A stretch of 64,000 bases of DNA from Eledone cirrhosa (taxonomy: Eukaryota): assembly GCA_964016885.1 (NCBI GenBank), contig OZ024752.1, forward strand, positions 45,260,001 to 45,324,000. Direction: 5' to 3'. Shown piece after piece: positions 54,935-64,000 of the stretch (position 1 is its first letter; every line of letters starts with the position of its first letter). Made by a program: the position numbers and the translations under genes. The notes below the pieces were generated by a model. It was not told the origin of the DNA and searched no databases. It worked only from the letters and a program-made list of their open reading frames with translations.

Positions 54935-55160
54935 AGTCTGTGTGACTCGTTCCTTCATCATCTCCGTGAGTCTCAACGATTTGAGGTCAGCTCGCACAAC
55001 CTCTGCCCAGGTCTATCTTGGTTTACCTCTACTGCGACTTCCATCCACTGGAATTTCCTGGCACTTCTTCACCCAGTGGTCAATGTTCATGTACATCATA
55101 TGTTCATACCAAAGCAGTCTTCTCTCCTGCACACCACCTTGGATTCCTCTTAAACCCAGT
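54935..55160 (-). mobile_element. RTE-like LINE 3' fragment
   Basis: Remnant RRLLWYEH..M...WVKKC.....[18 protein letters not shown]; similar copy at 61160-61275. Confidence 0.65.
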
Positions 55161-55569
55161 GTGATTTAGAATAAAGATGTATATGAACATATAGACAATA
55201 TATTTATGAAATAAACATGCATTTAGTCTCGCTGTGAGTATTTTAAGCTATGATTATATCACTATTACCTCAATACTGGAACAAGAGAAATAAATACATG
55301 TATTTCATAGTCATTACGTATCATCAGTACTCACCTACCTACTTACATACTGGGCTGTCAGAGACAATATCATCAGATTTTGTTGAAAGTTTAATTAACT
55401 ATAGTGCAAGCCTAACTGGATAATGTTCATTAGCAATTGTACTAACACAGTGTGATTCAGAATAAATATCTTCCAAATGTTTACTAAAAATTTATTAAAT
55501 CTTTACTGACTATTTATTAACTACTTACTGACTACTAACTAAATGTTTACTAAACTATTTACTGAATGT

Positions 55570-55608
55570 TAACTAAATGTTTCTATTTTCTCTTTATTAC
55601 AGGTAAGT
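55570..55608 (+). promoter_or_regulatory. Candidate recursive splice site (3'ss fused to 5'ss)
   Basis: tttctattttctctttattaCAG|GTAAGT; AG-free 55461-55600 with several tact(a/g)ac branch motifs; downstream donor AAG|gtaagt at 55732. Confidence 0.7.
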
Positions 55609-56166
55609 GCTCTTTACACTGGATTATTTTTTCCTTGATTTTGGATGGATTTAAGTTTGATGAACAGTTCTGTAAGTACATCTGGTGACTAATATAGTCC
55701 AGTTTGCTAAATTATGTCTAAATCAAGCAAGGTAAGTCCCAAGACAGTACAGTATATATATATATATATAGACAGTATGCTGCAATCCCCTCCCACTGTG
55801 GTCATGTAGCACCATGGTAAAAAGCACCCAATGCACACTGTAAATGAGGTTGGTGTTAGGAAGGGCTTTAGACTGTAGAAAACAAGCTAAAACCAGTTCT
55901 GTATGACCAAGACATGGTCACTTGACCTGCATTGCCCACAACAGGACAACTCGTCTAACCCATGCTAGCATGGAAGGATGGATGTAAAACAGTGATGATA
56001 TATATATATATATGTGTGTTTATATACGTATTTATGTATATATATATATATGTGTGTGTGTGTTTATGTATATATATATATGTGTGTGTGTGTGTTTATA
56101 TATGTATATATATATATATATGTGTATATATATATGTGTGTGTGTTTATATATGTATATATATATA

Positions 56167-56607
<441 letters not shown>

Positions 56608-57057
56608 TTATATATGTATATTGGTCATTTGCAATACAAACACATGTATACTTGTATCAGTGTTTATCTCTATCATATCTTCATTTGTATTACACGGCTC
56701 AGAAATACTCCCTTCTTTGAGCTATTTAATTGTAAAAGACTATTTTGACTTTATAACTCTATATATAATATATATATACATATGTATATATATATATAAT
56801 ATATATATATACATATGTATATATATATATATATATATATTTCACCGAACTTATATTCATGGAAATTTTTGGACTTGACTCGCTCTTCCTCACTTTTCGT
56901 TGCTTCACCATCTTTGTTTGTATACACTCTCGCTGTTCCCTTTATTTACATGTCCCAACGACTTTCTTTAGCCGTTGCTAGCACCAACCCGGAGGTATAT
57001 GGTCTTTAAAGCGAAGAAATACCGATGATGGTTGGAAGATCACTGATGAAGGACCAC

Positions 57058-57104
<47 letters not shown>

Positions 57105-57622
57105 TTATGTGTGTGTGTGTGTAAAGATAGAGTGAGAGCAGGGTTAAGAAAAACATGAAAAATACACACAACTATCATCTTTGCTGCTGCTACTACTACT
57201 GCTGCTGCTGCTACTACTACTGCTGCTCTTGCTGCCTGCATTTGACATGAGATTCTGGAATGTTCCATATAACCCACCATTATCCACCATCACCCACCAT
57301 ACCTTCAATCCATCATACATACCATTCTACTATACTTTAAAGCTGATCTACGTGAAAGACTATTGATCAGTCAAGAATAAAATGTCACTTTCTACCGATC
57401 TATACCACTTAAAACTTAAATAATCAATAGTTATTCTGAAGTTGCTATTCAACTTTCTGTGGAAATTCTACATTGTTCTTTAAATGGGTTTAAGTTGCTC
57501 CAGTTCATATCCTGACTGCATTAGTTAATATCTCTATTATATATTACACACTGCATTAATAGGAATATAAATTTCATCGCTGAATGTATATATATATATG
57601 TGTGTGTGTGTGTGTATGTATG

Positions 57623-57654
<32 letters not shown>

Positions 57655-57778
57655 CATATATATATATATATGTTATATTATTCAAATAGCGAGGTATGGG
57701 TAACCCATACACTATAGAAACAATTGTTACCTAATAAATTCTGTATACCCGCATTTCCATTTCATAAACTTCTTCTCC

Positions 57779-57809
<31 letters not shown>

Positions 57810-57925
57810 CATATATATATATTTATATATATTTATATACATATATATATATATTTATATATATTTATATACATATATATATATATACATATTTATATAT
57901 ATATATATATATACATATTTATATA

Positions 57926-58013
<88 letters not shown>

Positions 58014-58512
58014 CGTATATACACACATATATAGTGGATCGTGTAGATTTCCGTAGTGCATGCGGACGTATGATGATGATATATATATATATATATATAT
58101 AAATTGAAATAAAAGCATGTCGATTTCCTAGTTCTGTAAAAGCTCAATCGAATAAAACAGAAAAGAAAATAATTATATAAAGGTAGAAAAGCAATCAGAA
58201 TCTAAAAAAATATATTAGTTCCATTACTGATTATACCAAAGTAATCCTATACAGCTGTTTCAAAGCTCAAAAATCCATGAACTTCCATGGATAAATAAAT
58301 GAGGAAGAACTACAGGGTTTCAAGATTGAGATTCTCTTCAGTACCATAAAATATAATTTCTTGTCTGTCTTTGATAAAACACACGAAAAGTGTTTTCCTT
58401 TGATTTTCCACCAGTCGAAGGCTCCTGAGCAGTGAGTCAACCCTGGTTCCAAAAAATGGTCTCTCTATCACTACAGGAAAAAATGGTGCCTCCCATCCAC
58501 TGATTGCATAAT

Positions 58513-58923
58513 ATTTAAACCGGCTGTATCCAGCCAGAATTCTACACCTCTTTCTGTTCAAACTGGCTGTAACCGGCCACTCATACTGATATATGTAGAT
58601 CAAAATATCATAGATTTGATATTATGTAAGATATTATGTTAGGTAAAGCCTTTATTGTGAAAATACAATAGTATATATAGAGTAATGTAGATGTTATGTG
58701 AGATATTATGTGAGGAAAAGCCTTTACTGTGACAATACAATAGTATATATAGAGTAATGTAAATGTTATGTGAGATATTATGTGAGGTAAGGCCTTTACT
58801 GTGAAAATACAATAGTATATATATAGAGTAGTGTAAATGTTATGTGAGATATTATGTGAGGAAAAGCCTTTACTGTGAAAATACAATAGTATATATAGAG
58901 TAATGTAAATGCTAAAGGGTTAA
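58513..58923 (+). mobile_element. piggyBac-like MITE with about 4 internal 72-bp repeats
   Basis: Ends aatgctaaaggg-TTAA; internal satellite unit in reverse orientation. Confidence 0.8.
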
Positions 58924-59198
58924 AACAAATAAATATTTAATGATGATGATGTAATTGATTAAAACTATATATTTCAAGTATTTTACAAAAAATATAGATG
59001 AGAAAACACTTTGCAGTAATTAACAAATTTTAAATTTAGCCGTGACTGTGTGTGTGTATGTATGTGTGTATGTGTAAGTATGTGTGTATAAATGTGTATG
59101 TGTAAGCATGTGTGTGTATGTCCAACTCACACTAGTATGAAAGAAGGACATTAAATGATGATGAGGATGATATATATATATATGTACATATATATGTG

Positions 59199-59229
<31 letters not shown>

Positions 59230-59238
59230 GTATCTATC

Positions 59239-59282
<44 letters not shown>

Positions 59283-59428
59283 CATATATATATAATGGAA
59301 AAATTTGAACAGGGACAAAACAGAGAGGCAGTACAACGAATGTTTATTAATTTCACGCTCTGGAGAGTGGGGTGTTGGTGTGTATATATATAGAGAGAGA
59401 TGAATCGAAAATAAATGGAATGGTGATG

Positions 59429-59490
<62 letters not shown>

Positions 59491-59495
<5 letters not shown>

Positions 59496-59588
59496 GGTGT
59501 TCCAAAAAATGTATACACACTTCAACAGCATTCTAATAAATATTGCCTGTACAGGTAATCAAAGTGTGTATCCATTTTTTGAGGACAT
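59491..59588. mobile_element. Tc1/mariner-like MITE remnant
   Basis: cagggtgttccaaaaaatgtatacacactt ... aagtgtgtatccattttttgaggaca inverted ends in TA context; related end at 43965-44003 (ttggagacaccctgTA). Confidence 0.55.
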
Positions 59589-60046
59589 ATATATATATAT
59601 ATGTATGTATATATATATGTGTGTATATATACATATATATACACATATATATATACACAGAAAGAGAGAGATGTAAATAACTAGAGATCAAGAGAGAGAG
59701 AGAACCTCCCTCCAGATCACCTACATCCATTATTACATTGGAACAGGATTGTAGACTTGATTGAGGTTTGATCTGGATTAAACCGGATTAAGATTAGTCT
59801 AATAATGTTGAGTAACATAGAAAAACACATATATACACACACATGCTCTCATATACACCACACTCCAACATTAAACAACACTCACACCACACATGTATGT
59901 GTATAGCACACATACACATATACATATATACATCACACACCCACCACATACATATATATACTCAAAACTAAACTTAAATTAAACTAGCAGACTCAATATG
60001 ACGTATGCCAGACATCTTTTTAACTCATTCAGCTATTGGGTAGTTA

Positions 60047-60100
<54 letters not shown>

Positions 60101-60485
60101 GTAATGTGGCCGGGTAGGCAACACGGTAAAAACCTCCCAGCCCCACACTGTAAATGTGGTTGGTGTTAGGAAGGGCATCCAGCTGTAGAAAACCCGCCAG
60201 ACAGTCCTATGCGAGCAAGACAATCACTCTTGCCTCAAGTGGGAAAACCCCCGTCCAAACCCATGCAAGCATGGAACAGGGACGTTAAACGATGATGATG
60301 ATGATGATATATAGCTACCTCTTTGAGGTCAAATACCAACCCTACTAGCATCTACAAACTGACCAATGAGAATCAAGGCTATTCCTGCTGACAACATTAA
60401 ATTATTCCTAACAAGCTCATATGTCCCAAGGCTCTGATACCATCAACACTATAAACACAGAGCTGGCATATCTAAGAACTGACTA

Positions 60486-60541
60486 ACTGCCTGATGAGGT
60501 CATAGCCATTCAATGGCTATCATTGAAATATTTATAGCAGT
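60486..60541 (+). ncRNA. Type I hammerhead ribozyme (family L, second copy)
   Basis: actgc-CTGATGA-ggtcatagcca..tggctatcatt-GAAA-TATTTA-TA-gcagt; element 60419-60590 nearly identical to 40890-41060. Confidence 0.7.
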
Positions 60542-60582
60542 AAATAAAGGATTATGAGTTCATGCAATTGACTTATGTTTCG

Positions 60583-60640
<58 letters not shown>

Positions 60641-60645
<5 letters not shown>

Positions 60646-60835
60646 GGAACGAGTAAGGCCCCGACGGCTGAGGTCAAGCCGTTTCGACGTCTAATTCTGG
60701 ACTAGAATTAGCCGTCAAAACGGCTTGAGCTCAGCCGTCGGGGTCCTACTCATTCCTATTACCCACTCTACTACCCTAAGTATTGAGTACTTTGGTGCGT
60801 TATGGTCCACCTGGTTCCTTACCACATTTCCTTTG

Positions 60836-60838
<3 letters not shown>
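60641..60838. mobile_element. Family J palindromic element
   Basis: Palindrome 60641-60761 plus tail, between (TA)n tracts. Confidence 0.8.
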
Positions 60839-60880
<42 letters not shown>

Positions 60881-61031
60881 ATATAATAAAATAAATATGG
60901 TTTTATAAATATAGTTTCCATTTATTTAATATCATTGAATATTTACTCCAAGGCCTGTTGAGTGCTCTAAATCAGTTATTAACATTTATATTTATATTTG
61001 TCGGATTTCCAACAAATTAAATACCCCTTCT

Positions 61032-61083
<52 letters not shown>

Positions 61084-61331
61084 TCATCATCATCATCATC
61101 ATTTTACGTCCGCTTTTCCCTGCTTGCAAGAATGGGACGGGTCCTATTCACCACAGCATCTCGTACCTTCATTCATCACGGTCCTTCGTCATCTCCTCCG
61201 TGAGTTTCAGTGATCTGAGGTCAGCTCTCACCACCTCCGCCCATGTTTTTTGATGGTCTTCCTCTACTGTGATTTCCATATATATATATATATATGTATA
61301 TATGTATATATATATATATATACATATATAC

Positions 61332-61366
<35 letters not shown>

Positions 61367-61791
61367 TGTGTACATATATATATACATATATATATATACA
61401 TATCTATATATACATATATATCTATATATACATATATATACATATATATCTATATATACATATATACATATATATACATATATACATATATATACATATA
61501 TACATATATATCTATATATACATATATATCTATATATACATATATATCTATATATACATATATATCTATATATACATATATATCTATATATACATATATA
61601 TCTATATATACATATATATCTATATATACATATATATACATATATATACATATATATCTATATATACATATATATCTATATATACATATATATCTATATA
61701 TACATATATATCTATATATACATATATATACATATATATACATATATATACATATATATACATATATATACATATATATACATATATATAC

Positions 61792-61835
<44 letters not shown>

Positions 61836-61836
<1 letters not shown>

Positions 61837-62394
61837 TAAAATATTAAACAAATAATGAATAAACAATGAAAACAGTTCCTTATATTAAACAAAAAAAGTT
61901 CATTATTTAACGATCGTTTCTAGGATATATATGTGTTAGAATTGGCATGCATATTCAACAGATCTATGTACAAAATTATACAAAATTATACAAACTATCA
62001 AGATTAAATATACATACCAACACATATATACGCCGTCTTCAGAAATAAATTTATTTCTGAAGACGGCGTATATATGTGTTGGTATGTATATTTAATCTTG
62101 ATAGTTTGTATAATTTTGTATAATTTTGTACATAGATCTGTTGAATATGCATGCCAATTCTAACACATATATATCCTAGAAACGATCGTTAAATAATGAA
62201 CTTTTTTTGTTTAATATAAGGAACTGTTTTCATTGTTTATTCATTATTTGTTTAATATTTTATCTTGACTCTGTATACCGTTTATCTTTCACCGAAAGTG
62301 ATTTTTCATTACATCTCTTCTTTCCATGATATCCGGAATACATTGAGTTCTTCATACGGATTGGATACTACCGTAAACTCTTGGTAGATTTATC

Positions 62395-62395
<1 letters not shown>
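61836..62395. mobile_element. Family B palindromic hammerhead element
   Basis: Spacerless 428-bp palindrome 61836-62263 centred at 62049/62050, plus tail to about 62395. Confidence 0.9.
62051..62196 (+). ncRNA. Type I hammerhead ribozyme with ~115-nt stem II; mirror copy at 61903-62048 on the minus strand
   Basis: ttattt-CTGAAGA-cggcg tatatatgtgtt...aacacatatata tccta-GAAAC-GATC-GTT-aaataa. Confidence 0.7.
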
Positions 62396-62486
<91 letters not shown>

Positions 62487-62527
62487 TATATATATATATA
62501 TACATATATATACACATACATATATAT

Positions 62528-62568
<41 letters not shown>

Positions 62569-62774
62569 CAAGGTCCCGATGGCTGAGCTCCAGCCATTTC
62601 GACAGCTATATATACTAATATATATATACATTAGTATATAGCCTATTGTTTTCATTATTTTATTTATATATACAATTACATAACAGTGTACTAATTACAT
62701 TAGTGTAGCAATGGCTCATCGTTCTTCATCAAACTTTAACAAAGATATTTTTACATAGGTTCTTTAGCCATTGT

Positions 62775-63465
62775 GAAGGGAACCTATCTAGGAAGGCAGT
62801 TACACCAAATAAATATAATTGTATAGAGGTGACCTGGGCTCTGTAGGTCGTGTTGAAGGCAACCCATCTAGATAAGCAGTATCTCTGAATATATAAGACT
62901 GTATAGCGGTGACCTGAACTCTGTAGGCCGTGTTGAAGGCAACCCATCTAGGTGAGCAGTATCTCTGAATATATAAGACTGTATAGCGGTGACCTGAACT
63001 CTGTAGGTCGTGTTGAAGGCAACCCATCTAGGTGAGCAGTAACTCTAAATATATATGGCTGTATAGAAGTGACCTGGCCTCTGTAGCCCATGTTGAAGGC
63101 AACCCATCTAGGTGAGCAGTAACTCTAAATATATATGGCTGTATAGAAGTGACCTGGTCTCTGTAGCCCATGTTGAAGGCAACCCATCTAGGTGAGCAGT
63201 AACTCTAAATATATATGGCTGTATAGAAGTGACCTGGTCTCTGTAGCCCATGTTGAAGGCAACCCATCTAGGTGAGCAGTAACTCTAAATATATATGGCT
63301 GTATAGAAGTGACCTGGTCTCTGTAGCCCATGTTGAAGGCAACCCATCTAGGTGAGCAGTAACTCTAAATATATATGGCTGTATAGAAGTGACCTGGTCT
63401 CTGTAGCCCATGTTGAAGGCAACCCATCTAGGTGAGCAGTAACTCTAAATATATATGGCTGTATA
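62775..63465. repeat. 80-bp minisatellite, about 8.5 copies
   Basis: Unit aacccatctaggtgagcagtaactctaaatatatatggctgtatagaagtgacctggtctctgtagcccatgttgaaggc; related inverted degenerate copies at 42255-42480. Confidence 0.95.
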
Positions 63466-63924
63466 TGGTGTCCATATGTTGAGAAGAAGCCACAGTCACT
63501 TTCACTAAATAAGGCAATAAAGAGCGCACACGTACTCCATAAGATATATATAATAAAAATTGATATATTGTTTTAATCTTCTTCATCAACAGACATGTGA
63601 CAGATGAACTAAGTAAAAACTGAACTGACAGACAGCCAGACAAGCTAGGAAGGAAGGGAGGGAGGACAGAAGCAACTTAGCAACATAACAACATATATTT
63701 CACTGTTCTGTGTCAGTGGAGCTGTTGGGTAATTGAGGACATTTAGATAGATGGATAGATAGATAGATAGATAAATGATGAACATTAAACAGCTACCTAA
63801 TATATAGACATCTACTATATATGTGTATTTATTTATATATATATATATTTCTATATACTCTTTTACCTGTTTCAGCCATCCGGCTGAGGCCATATATATT
63901 TATATATTTATATTTATATATATT

Positions 63925-64000
<76 letters not shown>

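Overview
AT-rich, repeat-saturated eukaryotic non-coding DNA, most likely from an octopod cephalopod (inferred from the (TA)n density and SINE types, not proven) and probably inside a very long intron. No intact protein-coding gene is supported; all long ORFs are translations of micro- or minisatellites. Recognisable content includes two tRNA-derived SINE families, decayed RTE-type and R4/Dong-type LINE fragments, piggyBac-like, hAT-like and Tc1/mariner-like MITEs, and many minisatellites, some grown from transposon interiors. Two signals stand out. (1) About 20 complete type I hammerhead-ribozyme folds, plus several degenerate ones, from about 10 distinct short non-coding families. Nearly all are embedded in (TA)n tracts and many form head-to-head palindromes whose centres lie at or just 5' of the ribozyme, consistent with Penelope-like retroelement or retrozyme ends. 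(2) Two + strand 'zero-length exon' sites (polypyrimidine-CAG|GTAAGT at 37996/37997 and 55602/55603). Each has a long AG-free upstream zone and a downstream donor about 130 nt away, which is the architecture of recursive splice sites. All folds and coordinates were read by eye.
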